A stretch of DNA of 43,944 nucleotides from Cyanobacteriota bacterium (GTDB lineage Bacteria; Cyanobacteriota; Cyanobacteriia; Cyanobacteriales; Nostocaceae). A program made the translations under genes and the position numbers. The stretch lies in the NCBI GenBank assembly GCA_046045965.1, contig JBJOKS010000035.1:1-43944 (forward strand), written 5' to 3'. The notes beneath the pieces are model-generated. The model saw only the letters and a program-made list of their open reading frames with translations, did no database searches and was not told the origin of the DNA. Each line of letters starts with the position of its first letter. Position 1 is the stretch's first letter. This document shows positions 29,004 to 39,438 of the stretch, piece by piece.

Positions 29004-29195
29004 ATGAAACATCAACTAGGTTTTTTGCTAAAGCTACTTCTGCTCTCAACTTTAATATCATTTTTGATTAAGTATGCAGGACCGATGTTTTCGATTCCTG
29101 AAACCTCAATAAACGCGCTGATTCTAATTTTGTTGCCTACTGTAATTATGATAACTCTTCTACTTTGGCGAATGCCAGCACAGAAACAAAATTAA
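29004..29195 (+). CDS. Small two-TM hypothetical membrane protein
   Basis: 63 aa, two hydrophobic helices around LIKYAGP. Confidence 0.65.
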   Translation: MKHQLGFLLKLLLLSTLISFLIKYAGPMFSIPETSINALILILLPTVIMITLLLWRMPAQKQN

Positions 29196-29350
29196 AGCAG
29201 CAGTTAGCAGTCAGAAGTCAACTAAAAGCGATGTTTAGAATGAGTTTAGAGGTTTTCAGTTAACCTATCTACCGATTTACCAAACATTCTGATTCCTGAC
29301 TTCTTAATTCTGACTAAAATTTCATCACACCAAGCTTTGGGAGTTAGTCT

Positions 29351-30466
29351 GTGAAACTTGGCCAATGGATCGGCTTAATTGCCTTAGTTCTATCTTTATA
29401 TATATTGTGGCAGTTGCGTGAAGTGCTGTTACTGATATTTGCTGCTGTTGTTTTAGCCACTACCTTGAATTGGTTAGCACGAAGTTTCCAAAACTTGGGA
29501 ATGAAACGTGGATTTGCAGTTTTTTTGTCAGTAACGATCTTTTTTGCTGGTGTGATCGGTTTTTTCTGGTTAATTGTGCCACCTTTTACTCAACAATTTC
29601 AAGAACTCACCTTACGAGTTCCCCAAGGATTTGAGCGCATTAATAGTTGGATTGATGAACAAAGAACTCATATTCCTGAGCAATTAGTACCCTTTATACC
29701 TGATCTTAATGACTTAATTGCTGAAGCACAACCTTTAATTAATAGGGTATTGGGAAACTCTTTTGCTTTTGTTTCTGGTTCTTTGGTAATTGTTCTTAAT
29801 ATTTTATTAGTGCTAGTTTTAACGGGAATGTTTTTAGCTGATCCTGATGCTTATCGGAAAGTATTTGTACGGTTATTTCCCTCATTTTATCGACGAAGAG
29901 TAGAGGGAATTTTAAATCAGTGTGAAATTTCTTTAGAAAGATGGGTGACAGGGGCTTTTATTGCTGTATTGGTAGTGGGTTTGATGAGTTTGGTAGGCTT
30001 GTCAATTTTGGGTGTTAAGGCTGCTTTAGCATTAGGAGTTTTAGCGGGATTTATGAATTTAATTCCCAATTTGGGTCCGACAATGAGTGTAGTTCCAGCA
30101 ATGGCGATCGCTCTTTTAGATTCTCCCTGGAAACCTGTTGCTGTCTTAATTCTCTACTTTTTTATTCAACAAGCTGAGAGTAATTTTATCACGCCGATAG
30201 TTATGGCACATCAGGTATCTTTACTACCAGCAGTAACCTTAATTTCTCAATTATTTTTTGTTACCTTCTTTGGATTTTTAGGATTGTTTTTAGCATTACC
30301 TTTAACTGTTGTCGCTAAAATTTGGGTACAAGAAGTATTAGTTAAAGATGTGTTAGATGAGTGGCGGCATAATCATCAAATAGATGGTGAATTGGTGATG
30401 ATTTCTGAATCCTCTGATATTAACGAAATGCAAGAAATGGAAGTTACAGCAGATGATCAAGAGTAG
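29351..30466 (+). CDS. AI-2E family transporter
   Basis: Multi-TM; LIPNLGP, QQAESNFITP and GFLGLFLALPL motifs. Confidence 0.9.
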   Translation: MKLGQWIGLIALVLSLYILWQLREVLLLIFAAVVLATTLNWLARSFQNLGMKRGFAVFLSVTIFFAGVIGFFWLIVPPFTQQFQELTLRVPQGFERINSWIDEQRTHIPEQLVPFIPDLNDLIAEAQPLINRVLGNSFAFVSGSLVIVLNILLVLVLTGMFLADPDAYRKVFVRLFPSFYRRRVEGILNQCEISLERWVTGAFIAVLVVGLMSLVGLSILGVKAALALGVLAGFMNLIPNLGPTMSVVPAMAIALLDSPWKPVAVLILYFFIQQAESNFITPIVMAHQVSLLPAVTLISQLFFVTFFGFLGLFLALPLTVVAKIWVQEVLVKDVLDEWRHNHQIDGELVMISESSDINEMQEMEVTADDQE

Positions 30467-30545
30467 TTGCAAATAGTATATATGAAAGCGATCATACTTG
30501 ATTTTTATAATCAGCGATCGCTCTTTTTCAAAACCTCTTTATTTT

Positions 30546-32303
30546 CTAATCATGGGTTGTTCCATCTGGCATTATTGCACCAGTAAGATTTGCTTTTTCT
30601 AGGTTTGCACCGCTAATATTTGCATCTTTCAAGTTAGCATTTTCTAGCTTCGCATTACTCAAATTAGCACCACGCAAGTCGGCTGATGTGAAGTTAGTTC
30701 CATCTAATCTTAAATTGTACAGAGATGCACCACAAAGGTTTGCGTTACTCAAATTAGCACCACTGAAATTACCGCTAAGAGTCACACCAACCAAGTTTAC
30801 TCCACTAAGATTTGCTCCACTGAAATTAGCACCATTAAATTTTGCGTTTATTAAATTTGCTCCAGATAGTTCAGCAGCAGTCATATTAGAACTTTCTAGT
30901 TTTGTTTGCATTAAATTTGTATTAGTCAGTTTTGCAGCAGTTAAATTAGCAGAAGATAGATTTGCTTCACTTAAATTAGCAAACAGTAGATTTGCTTGAA
31001 TGAGTTTTGCATAGTTCAAATTTGCCTTAGTTAAATTTGCGCTACTCAAGTTAGCCTGACTTAAATCTGCACCTTCCAGATTAGTAAATTCGAGGTTTGA
31101 ATTTGCTAAATTAGCACCAGTTAAATTTACTTGTGGTAAGTAATAACGAGATAAGTCAGCGTTTGCCAAGGAAGCACCAGGAGCAATTAAATAAGCACCA
31201 GCTTCAGAAATAGCAAAATCTTGAGGTAAGATAGTTTGTAGATTGTAAATAGCTTTTTGGAGAATTACACCTTCAAGATTTGCACCTTCAAAATTTGCTT
31301 CCAAAAGATTAGCATTACTCAAATTAGCGTTATTCAAATCTGATCTAATTAGCTTTGCTTTACTCAAATTTGCTTTACTCAAATTAGCGTCTGTTAAATT
31401 AGCACCGCTCATGTTAATCTGATAAAGATTAACTCCAGTTAGGTTTGCTTTTCTGAGTTTTGCATTTTCTAGACTGACTGAGGTAAGTTTGATATTCTCA
31501 AGATTGGCATTATAAAAATTACCTTCATTCAAGGTACAATCAAATAAGATACTATTACTAATATCTACACCCTGAAGATTTGCACCGTCTAATTTTACAG
31601 AGTGCATTTCAATACCCTGAAGATTAGCATTTTTAAAATTAGCTTGAGTAAATTTGACGCTGCTTATTCTTTTCCCACTCAAATCTACACCAGCTAAATT
31701 AATTCCTGTAAAATCCCGTTCTCCTGCTTTATAAATTTGCCAAAATTCCTCAGCACTAACAGGAATATCCTGATCATCTTCCTCTGCTGCATACATCCTA
31801 TTAACTAACCACATCACCCGCTCAATCTTAAATTCTAAATCATTTAAATTTCTGCTATCTTCCGTTTCCTCAACAACTACATCAACTTCCTTTTCTTCCT
31901 CACTTTCAACAACATCAACATTTTCAACAACAACCGCTTTTTCTATCAACTCACTTTGACTTTTTTGACGTTCTACCCTTTCAAAAAACTGTTTAACAAT
32001 TTCCGCATCATCTATAGTTTTAACCTCAGTTGAATTTTCACAATCCTGTAAATTTTCACTTCCATTATCTGACTCATTTAGACGCTGTTGTAAATCGGCA
32101 ACTTGAGCATTTAAATTGATTATCTCTTGTTGCAAATTTTGAACTTCTACTAATTCAGGTCTATTATTAAAATCCTGTTTCAATTCATCAAAATACTGTT
32201 TTAACCAAGCAATATTTTTGCGTCTTAGTTCCTGTTCCCGTTCAACCTGAGAAATTCGCTCTGCTAAAGATGCTAAATTGAGTTCTGAATTTGAATTAGT
32301 CAT
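30546..32303 (-). CDS. Pentapeptide-repeat protein with N-terminal coiled-coil/acidic region
   Basis: Y..GERDF cap, two long A(N/D)Lxx blocks, terminal GAIMPDG. Confidence 0.92.
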   Translation of the reverse strand: MTNSNSELNLASLAERISQVEREQELRRKNIAWLKQYFDELKQDFNNRPELVEVQNLQQEIINLNAQVADLQQRLNESDNGSENLQDCENSTEVKTIDDAEIVKQFFERVERQKSQSELIEKAVVVENVDVVESEEEKEVDVVVEETEDSRNLNDLEFKIERVMWLVNRMYAAEEDDQDIPVSAEEFWQIYKAGERDFTGINLAGVDLSGKRISSVKFTQANFKNANLQGIEMHSVKLDGANLQGVDISNSILFDCTLNEGNFYNANLENIKLTSVSLENAKLRKANLTGVNLYQINMSGANLTDANLSKANLSKAKLIRSDLNNANLSNANLLEANFEGANLEGVILQKAIYNLQTILPQDFAISEAGAYLIAPGASLANADLSRYYLPQVNLTGANLANSNLEFTNLEGADLSQANLSSANLTKANLNYAKLIQANLLFANLSEANLSSANLTAAKLTNTNLMQTKLESSNMTAAELSGANLINAKFNGANFSGANLSGVNLVGVTLSGNFSGANLSNANLCGASLYNLRLDGTNFTSADLRGANLSNAKLENANLKDANISGANLEKANLTGAIMPDGTTHD

Positions 32304-32501
32304 AAATCTTAACCTCACTTTATTGTAGTACCTGTATTTACAGGTTTCCCAAAAACAAGGTTAAACTAACAGCAGTAATATATAAATTTTTCTAAGTTCT
32401 CTAACCGTATAATCATATTTATTAATGCCAGCCTTGAAAAAATTAATAGATTTTAGATTTCAGAATAAATCCAAAATCCAAAATCTAAAATCTAAAATTA
32501 A

Positions 32502-33608
32502 TTAAGCTGCTTGTGGCTGAACTAAATTTTCAATTCCTTGAACAACGGTAGCTGATTCAATTTTGTCACCCGCTTTGAGCTTATCTAAAATCTCTTTACC
32601 CTCTGTCAGATAGCCAAAAACTGTATAGCGACCATCTAAAAGATTGCGTCCAGCGGGGGTAAGTTCTGGTTCAAAAAGAAAGAAGAAAAATTGAGAAGAA
32701 GCACCATCTACATCACCTTCAGGACGTGCCATTGCTAAAGCACCAAAGGACGAAAAAGGTAAAACCGGCATATCAAGATAACGTCCAGCATCTTCAAGAG
32801 TAATACTGTAGGTTGGTTCTTTTTCCCCTTCTACCAAAATTTCTAAAGGAATAGCCCGATATTTGCCAGTGCTGGGATCAATAAAACCGACTTCTTTACC
32901 TTCTGGATCTCCAGTTTGCAATACATAAGATTCTTCAGAACGGGTAAATTCTAAACCGTTATAAAAACCCCGTTGTACCAAATCGACAAAATTACCAGCA
33001 GTCACAGGGGCGCTGTAACCATCTACTACTACAGTTAAATCCCCTTTGTTTGTTTTAATGGCAATGGTAGCGCGACCTTTGAGTTGAGGTAAATTACTGT
33101 ACTTAGCAGGAACTTCAAAGGGGAATTCTTTCACCATTGACTCTTCTAGCAAGCTAACAAGTTTGAGTAACTTAGCTCTGCCTTCCAGAATAGAGTCTTT
33201 TTGTTTGTTTTTGACTACTTCTTGCAGTTCTGCTATGCCAGATTTTAACTCAGTAATCCAGGCTTCCGCTTGGGGTTGGCGTTCTTGGGGAACGCTTGTT
33301 AAGATTTGGGAGGGTTTATCAAGAATCCGTGATGCTTGGCTAAGGTCGCTGGAAACCGCACCCCATCGCTTATTAGCACGCAGTTGGTTGGAAATATCTT
33401 CTAAACTAGCTTGGAGTTTGCGTACTGGTTTGTTATCGATTGGGAGTGCATAACGTAACAAGGCTTTACCATCGGTGATGGCATTACCAGAAGGTAGGGC
33501 GGCGTGACTAGAGGGAGTCCACCCAGCTGTGCTTATGCCTATAAGTATTATTACCAGCAGTATGGCCTTGAGGCTGTATTTCAGCCAGGATTTTATGAAG
33601 TTAAACAT
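32502..33608 (-). CDS. Cyclophilin-type PPIase (Cyp38/TLP40-like, signal peptide)
   Basis: ALLRYALP, DGYSAPVTAGNFVDLV, QTGDP, SSQFFF and LDGRY motifs. Confidence 0.9.
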   Translation of the reverse strand: MFNFIKSWLKYSLKAILLVIILIGISTAGWTPSSHAALPSGNAITDGKALLRYALPIDNKPVRKLQASLEDISNQLRANKRWGAVSSDLSQASRILDKPSQILTSVPQERQPQAEAWITELKSGIAELQEVVKNKQKDSILEGRAKLLKLVSLLEESMVKEFPFEVPAKYSNLPQLKGRATIAIKTNKGDLTVVVDGYSAPVTAGNFVDLVQRGFYNGLEFTRSEESYVLQTGDPEGKEVGFIDPSTGKYRAIPLEILVEGEKEPTYSITLEDAGRYLDMPVLPFSSFGALAMARPEGDVDGASSQFFFFLFEPELTPAGRNLLDGRYTVFGYLTEGKEILDKLKAGDKIESATVVQGIENLVQPQAA

Positions 33609-33675
33609 GGAATTTCTCAAATGCAGCATCAAATTTTTAACTGGAAGTAACCCATCATTCATCTTCCCATATTGG

Positions 33676-33827
33676 AGGCAGAAGGCAGAAGGCAGGAGGC
33701 AGAAGGCAGAAGTTATTAATTTTGACTTTTGACTTTTGACTTTTGACTTTTGACTTTTGACTTATATTTACCTCCCTATCTCCCTGTTCCCTGTTCCCTG
33801 TTCCTTGTTCCCTGTTCCCTGTTCCCT
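33676..33827. repeat. Three concatenated STRR families (GCAGAAG, TTTTGAC, CCCTGTT)
   Basis: Tandem heptamers in the divergent PPIase/efp intergenic region. Confidence 0.92.
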
Positions 33828-33876
33828 AATTACAGGTACAATAAATGCCGACTGTCTTCCCAAATTTGCAAGTTTC

Positions 33877-34434
33877 ATGATTTCTAGTAACGACTTTCGA
33901 CCCGGTGTTTCTATTGTCCTAGACGGGTCTGTATGGCGAGTAGTTGAATTCCTCCACGTTAAACCAGGCAAAGGTTCTGCTTTTGTGAGAACCAAGCTGA
34001 AAAATGTCCAGAGTGGTAGCGTGGTGGAAAAAACCTTCCGGGCTGGGGAAACTGTACCCCAAGCTACTTTGGAAAAAATCACAATGCAACATACCTATAA
34101 AGAGGGTGAAGAATTCGTCTTTATGGATATGGAAACCTATGAAGAAGGTAGATTAACTACTGCACAAATTGGCGATCGCGTAAAGTACCTCAAAGAAGGT
34201 ATGGAAGTCAACGTTATTCGTTGGGGCGAACAAGTGCTAGAAGTTGAACTACCTAATTCTGTGGTTCTCGAAATTGTGCAAACTGACCCTGGTGTTAAAG
34301 GTGATACCGCCACAGGTGGAACTAAACCAGCAATTGTGGAAACTGGTGCAACCATTATGGTTCCCCTGTTTATTTCTCAAGGTGAACGGATCAAGATAGA
34401 TACCAGAGAAGATAAATATTTAGGCAGGGAATAA
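33877..34434 (+). CDS. efp: Elongation factor P
   Basis: [12 protein letters not shown] and [10 protein letters not shown] motifs; ATG at 33877. Confidence 0.98.
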   Translation: MISSNDFRPGVSIVLDGSVWRVVEFLHVKPGKGSAFVRTKLKNVQSGSVVEKTFRAGETVPQATLEKITMQHTYKEGEEFVFMDMETYEEGRLTTAQIGDRVKYLKEGMEVNVIRWGEQVLEVELPNSVVLEIVQTDPGVKGDTATGGTKPAIVETGATIMVPLFISQGERIKIDTREDKYLGRE

Positions 34435-34655
34435 GCCACATTTTTGTGGATATCCCAGATTGTTTTCTAGTCCTTGTCATCCAGCGAGGTAGGAGAAATG
34501 AACAATTTCCCGTAATACCTGGAAATAAAACCAAATTTCTCGGTATTACCTCCTAAATGGGAAAAATGAACAACATTTAGCCCTCTTCAAGTGTATTGAT
34601 CACTCTCCGTCATCTGGTATCCATGATTCAACTACTTATTCCGTTGCCACACTTA

Positions 34656-34749
34656 ATACCAATTTGAAAAATGATTGCGACGCATGGAAAGATGAAAACC
34701 TTATATAGTAAGACTTTCATAATCCAAAATCCAAAATCCAAAATGGTAT
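34656..34749. mobile_element. MITE-like repeat with ATACCA...TGGTAT termini and an internal AAAATCC tract
   Basis: ATACCAATTT / AAATGGTAT inverted ends flanked by TA. Confidence 0.45.
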
Positions 34750-34788
34750 AAGATTCTGATTTATGGTTAGGTCGAGGTAAAAAATACT

Positions 34789-35325
34789 GTGCCATTAGAC
34801 TTTAATGAAATCCGCCAACTATTAGCAACTATTGCACAAACGGATATTACCGAAGTAATGCTCAAAAGTGATGATTTTGAGCTAACAGTGCGTAAAGGTA
34901 CAAACAATTCTGTACTGTCGGTAGGTCAAGCAACGCTAGGCGGTACGGTAGGTTCGGGATTGACATCGGTTTCACCAGCGGGAAACCAGACAGCACCCAC
35001 ACAACTACCAGAAGCAGCAACAAGCCGTGATAATTCTACTGCTGGAGGGCAATCACCTTTGGCGGTGAATGCGTCTTCAGCTAGGTTAGTAGAGGTGCAG
35101 TCCCCGATGGTAGGAACTTTTTATCGCGCACCTGCACCTGGTGAAGCGCCATTTGTGGAAGTGGGCGATCGCGTTAAAATTAATCAATCAGTCTGCATTA
35201 TCGAAGCAATGAAACTGATGAATGAAATCGAAGCCGAAGTCTCTGGACAGGTTATGGAAATTCTCGTTCAAAATGGTGAACCTGTAGAATATGGTCAACC
35301 TTTGATGCGAATTAATCCCGATTAA
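34789..35325 (+). CDS. accB: Acetyl-CoA carboxylase biotin carboxyl carrier protein
   Basis: SPMVGTFY and EAMKLMNEI biotinylation motif; GTG start after GAGG. Confidence 0.97.
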   Translation: MPLDFNEIRQLLATIAQTDITEVMLKSDDFELTVRKGTNNSVLSVGQATLGGTVGSGLTSVSPAGNQTAPTQLPEAATSRDNSTAGGQSPLAVNASSARLVEVQSPMVGTFYRAPAPGEAPFVEVGDRVKINQSVCIIEAMKLMNEIEAEVSGQVMEILVQNGEPVEYGQPLMRINPD

Positions 35326-35485
35326 GTATTGTAAAAATATGATGGCATGAGTCTTTGTTAAAACTCTAAAATACTTACAGGTTTGTAATAGTTGCTTTAC
35401 TACCTTTAGAGTTTTTAAGAAGATTTAGTCAGTTGTCCTTTGTCAGTTGTCAGTTGCAACGAAAAATCATCAACCACTGACTACT

Positions 35486-35558
35486 GTACGGGCGAAGCAT
35501 TCGGCCAACCAATTATCAATTTTTGTCACAGGCTATTTTCCCAATGCTTCGCCCCTAC
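35486..35558. repeat. REP-like inverted repeat (GTAG/CTAC family)
   Basis: GGGCGAAGCATT...AATGCTTCGCCC-CTAC, embedded in a GACTACT tract between convergent genes. Confidence 0.7.
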
Positions 35559-35574
35559 GACTACTGACTACTGA

Positions 35575-36189
35575 CTAAAGAGGATAATTTTCGTTAAAGC
35601 TTTTACGAGTTAGTGGTTGTTCTATTTCCACACCTTCACCACCTAAAACTTCCAACGGCTTACCGTTCACGTCAATGTACACCTTGGCGTTAGGATTTAA
35701 AGTAGTAGCAGTGTAGACAACTTGACCAACACGACCAACCATTGAGGAACTACCACCACCACTGGTAAAATCTTCTGAGAGATTAACGTGGACTTCATTA
35801 TTCTCAGCTTTCAAACCTAGTAGTTTTGTCCCTTGAGGAATGGTTGTAGACTCTGTACCTTCAGTTGGACCGGCTAACAAAGTTTCAAAAGCAGCTTCTA
35901 AAGCTTGGTTAGGTTGTGCAGCAGCAATTTTTATCGGTTGAGGAACCAACTCAAAGCTTTTTTCTGTTGGTTTGAGCCAATATATATTAGCAGTTTCTTC
36001 TTTCCCCGGCTGGGTAGTTAATGGCTGTTGTGGTTGTTTAATGCTTTGAGAAGGGTCTCCTGGTGTGGGAGTCTCAGGAGTTTGGGAAGTCAACCAAGCT
36101 ACCCCACCACTGACTGCTACAACCGCAGCTGAGACCGCCGCTATTACACCTGAAGAAATATTACGGTTAGTTCTTTGTTGCTCATTCAT
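35575..36189 (-). CDS. GerMN-domain protein
   Basis: N-terminal TM; LLAGPT, TTIPQGTKLL, VNLSEDF and QVVYTAT motifs. Confidence 0.85.
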   Translation of the reverse strand: MNEQQRTNRNISSGVIAAVSAAVVAVSGGVAWLTSQTPETPTPGDPSQSIKQPQQPLTTQPGKEETANIYWLKPTEKSFELVPQPIKIAAAQPNQALEAAFETLLAGPTEGTESTTIPQGTKLLGLKAENNEVHVNLSEDFTSGGGSSSMVGRVGQVVYTATTLNPNAKVYIDVNGKPLEVLGGEGVEIEQPLTRKSFNENYPL

Positions 36190-36650
36190 ATATAAAACCT
36201 GCTTGACAAAGGGCTGAAATAGTGTTGATTAGAGGAGCAGCCTGGTTAAAGACGATAGGGATGCTTGTTGAGTTTCTTAAAATCTAGAGATGCCTTAATG
36301 TGTGAGATTCTGCTAACTTAATGCTGCTGAATTTTTATTTTGCCTGTTTCAGCAATTTGTTGTAATTATGCACCCATAGTAACTTTATCTCATCTTTAAT
36401 TTTAGGTTGACAATTCTAGTCCGTCACCTCAACTTTAATGTAAATATAATCAATTCTTGAAATACGGATACTAAGCGGTTGGACAGCAAGGTATTTAATA
36501 CCTTCTTTTTTGTGAAATTCAATATCCATAAGTATGAAGTAGCTAACCTTATCTGTGCTTTTGCTGACTCCTTGAATCTGCTCTTTAATATCTTAATCAA
36601 TTTCTCAATGACAATTTCCTGAAATCGGTGAATATGTACACAATTTCAAT

Positions 36651-37148
36651 TTACAAATCTGGATGAGAGAGAAGATAAACCCTTGCTAATATAGCTTCAT
36701 TCCACTGAACTACCCACCACCAAGCCACCATACACCCCCAAGCACGGCTAGGAAGGTGGGCTTTTGGTGCTGTTAAATTACAATCAATATCTTTGTAATT
36801 TAACCATTTTCCTGATTGTCTCCATCCTATTTGTTCACAAAAAGCTTTCCAAGTTTGTTGGTAATCCTTTTGTGTTCCTGCTAAACTTTGATAAATCTGT
36901 TTCTGGACAGAAAAACCGAATTGACCATTGCTGTATTTTACCCACAATTTATCAATTATCAACAGATTTTTAATGGGAAAATTTTTAATATCTTCTAATC
37001 CTAAAACACCTTCTTTTTCTCTTGCTGCTATTTTCAGCATTAGTCTTGCTGTTTCATAGTCTGCTTCTTTCCAGTTACCTGCTGATAATAATTTATCTAG
37101 TTTTTCATAGTCAATATCTGTTGCTGAAAGTGATTTATTTATATTCAT
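36651..37148 (-). CDS. Stand-alone GUN4-domain protein
   Basis: WKEADYET, IDKLWVKYSNGQFGFSVQKQI and APKAHLP motifs. Confidence 0.85.
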   Translation of the reverse strand: MNINKSLSATDIDYEKLDKLLSAGNWKEADYETARLMLKIAAREKEGVLGLEDIKNFPIKNLLIIDKLWVKYSNGQFGFSVQKQIYQSLAGTQKDYQQTWKAFCEQIGWRQSGKWLNYKDIDCNLTAPKAHLPSRAWGCMVAWWWVVQWNEAILARVYLLSHPDL

Positions 37149-37194
37149 AAAATTGGAGATTCTTGCTTTAAATTTATCAAAATTTTGCTGATCA

Positions 37195-37215
37195 GGGTGG
37201 GTATCTTACCCACCC
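37195..37215 (-). terminator. Hairpin after proS (terminator or REP-like)
   Basis: GGGTGGGTA-TCT-TACCCACCC. Confidence 0.45.
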
Positions 37216-37230
37216 CACCTGAGTTTAATT

Positions 37231-39039
37231 TTATCCTTCTATCGCCTCTTTAACCCATTGTTTGAGGGTATTTACAACTTCCTCAATGGCAATTTCTTGA
37301 GATTCACGGTTTGCCCGTTTTACTACTTCAACTTTACCATTAGCGATCGCTCTACCTGTAACTATTCTAAAAGGAATGCCAATTAAATCAGCATCTTTAA
37401 ATTTTACACCTGCTCGTTCATTGCGGTCATCCAGCAAGGTTTCGACACCTGCTTTATTTAGTTCTGTGTAGAGTTTCTCAGCTATTTCTACCTGTTGTGT
37501 GTCGTTGACATTGGGAATGGAAATAATAGCGTGATAAGGTGCGATCGCTACTGGCCAAATTATCCCATCTTTATCATAAGATTGCTCAACCGCAGACTGT
37601 GCTAAACGTGATACACCTACACCATAACAACCCATCACCAAAGGTTTTTCTTCCCCTTGTTCATTCGTATAAGTTGCACCCATCGCTTGAGAGTATTTTG
37701 TACCGAGTTGGAAAATGTGACCGGCTTCGATACCTCTAGCTGTTTGTAGAGTTTGGGTTGGATCATGAAGAGAGCGATCGCCTACTTTTGCTTTCCGAAT
37801 ATCTACTACTAATTCAGGTAACTTAAATTGCTCATCCCAATTTGCACCAACAACATGAAAACCGCTGTCATTTGCACCAGTGACAAAATTCTTTAACTCC
37901 ACAGCAGTTTGATCAACCAACCGCAAAAACTGAGAATTTACCTGCTTACTTCCCGCAATATAATCATCACCTAAATCTGGAGAAATATAACCCAAAGGTA
38001 AAGATTTTGCTGCCCAGGTTGCAATTATTTCATTAGTGGGTACACTCAGAGAAAGAATAGTTTTAGCACCAAAATTATCAGCTAACTTAGTCAACTCATT
38101 TTGTAATTTGACTTCATTAACTTCCTGATCACCGCGAATATTCACCAACACCAAAACAGTCAAACCATTATCATAAACAATTTGATATAAAACGTTTTTG
38201 ACAATTTGGGTAGGAGAACAGTTTAAGAATTTACAGAGTTTTTCAATTGTATCAGTTCCCGGAGTTTCCCGTTTTTCAAAAGTAGTAAAAGCTGAAATTT
38301 CCGCATCCGCAGGTAAAGAAACAGCCTTTTCTACATTCGCTGCATATTTCCCATCTTCAGTGTAGAGAACTTCATCTTCACCCGCATCTGCTAACACCAT
38401 AAACTCTGTCGAACCAGAACCACCGATCGCACCAGAGTCAGCTTCCACCGCACGAAAAGCCAAACCAGAACGGCGTAGCATATTACTGTATGCTTGGTAC
38501 ATATCCTGGTAAGTTTTCTTTAAACTTTCCTCATCAGCATGGAAAGAATAACCATCCTTCATGATAAATTCTCTACCCCGCATTAAACCAAAACGAGGAC
38601 GAATTTCATCACGAAATTTAGTTTGAATTTGATATAAATGTACTGGCAATTGCCGATAGGAACGAATCATATCACGAGCAACTGTTGTAATTACTTCCTC
38701 ATGAGTAGGACCTAAACCTAATTGTTGTTCTCTTCTATCAACGAGGGAAAACATAATCCCCTCAGCTTTAGTATAAGTATCCCATCTTCCCGACTCCTTC
38801 CATAACTCAGAAGGTTGTAACTGAGGTAACAAACATTCTTGTGCGCCGGTGGTGTTCATTTCCTCCCGTACAATTTGGGAAACCTTCTGTAAAACTCGCC
38901 ACATTAAAGGAAGATAAGCATAGACACCGCTACCGATGCGACGGATATAACCTGCGCGAAGTAAGAGTTTATGACTGGGAATTTCCGCATCTGCTGGCTC
39001 ATCCCGGAGTGTAACAAATAACATTTGTGATAGTCGCAT
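37231..39039 (-). CDS. proS: Proline--tRNA ligase
   Basis: [35 protein letters not shown] and MGCYGVG motifs. Confidence 0.98.
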   Translation of the reverse strand: MRLSQMLFVTLRDEPADAEIPSHKLLLRAGYIRRIGSGVYAYLPLMWRVLQKVSQIVREEMNTTGAQECLLPQLQPSELWKESGRWDTYTKAEGIMFSLVDRREQQLGLGPTHEEVITTVARDMIRSYRQLPVHLYQIQTKFRDEIRPRFGLMRGREFIMKDGYSFHADEESLKKTYQDMYQAYSNMLRRSGLAFRAVEADSGAIGGSGSTEFMVLADAGEDEVLYTEDGKYAANVEKAVSLPADAEISAFTTFEKRETPGTDTIEKLCKFLNCSPTQIVKNVLYQIVYDNGLTVLVLVNIRGDQEVNEVKLQNELTKLADNFGAKTILSLSVPTNEIIATWAAKSLPLGYISPDLGDDYIAGSKQVNSQFLRLVDQTAVELKNFVTGANDSGFHVVGANWDEQFKLPELVVDIRKAKVGDRSLHDPTQTLQTARGIEAGHIFQLGTKYSQAMGATYTNEQGEEKPLVMGCYGVGVSRLAQSAVEQSYDKDGIIWPVAIAPYHAIISIPNVNDTQQVEIAEKLYTELNKAGVETLLDDRNERAGVKFKDADLIGIPFRIVTGRAIANGKVEVVKRANRESQEIAIEEVVNTLKQWVKEAIEG

Positions 39040-39277
39040 CGTTTTTTCCTTTATTGCTAATTTGTTTATAAAGCAGATGACAGTAAATCAATCGCAACTA
39101 TATAAACATCTATAATTGCCTAACACTTCTAATTTTGTCCTACTTTTTGCATCTTTGGAGTCACCATAACAGTTACACTGCAATTGGTATGACCTCAGCT
39201 AAAAGCAGAAACAGAATATATATTCTATAAGGCAATTTTCTATAAGGCAATTTGCGGCCTTTGCAAGCATCGGATAA

Positions 39278-39362
39278 CGGAGAGGGGGGGATTCGAACCC
39301 CCGTTGAGTTGCCCCAAAACGCATTTCGAGTGCGTCACCATCAACCACTCGGACACCTCTCC
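39278..39362 (-). tRNA. tRNA-Ser (anticodon CGA)
   Basis: Minus strand GGAGAGG acceptor, ACGCA-CTCGAAA-TGCGT anticodon arm, long variable arm, GGTTCGAATCC. Confidence 0.96.
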
Positions 39363-39438
39363 AAACATTTATTCACACAATTAACAGAATTGGTTGAACA
39401 AAGGTCTTGATATTATAGCATATTCATTGATTAATTTA

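Noticed and set aside
33757..33876. N-terminal extension of EF-P
   Set aside because: Derived from CCCTGTT repeats; the canonical MISSNDF start is at 33877
36416..36529. 37-aa minus-strand ORF MDIEFHKKEG...
   Set aside because: Short, no clear RBS or motif; cannot be supported without homology data
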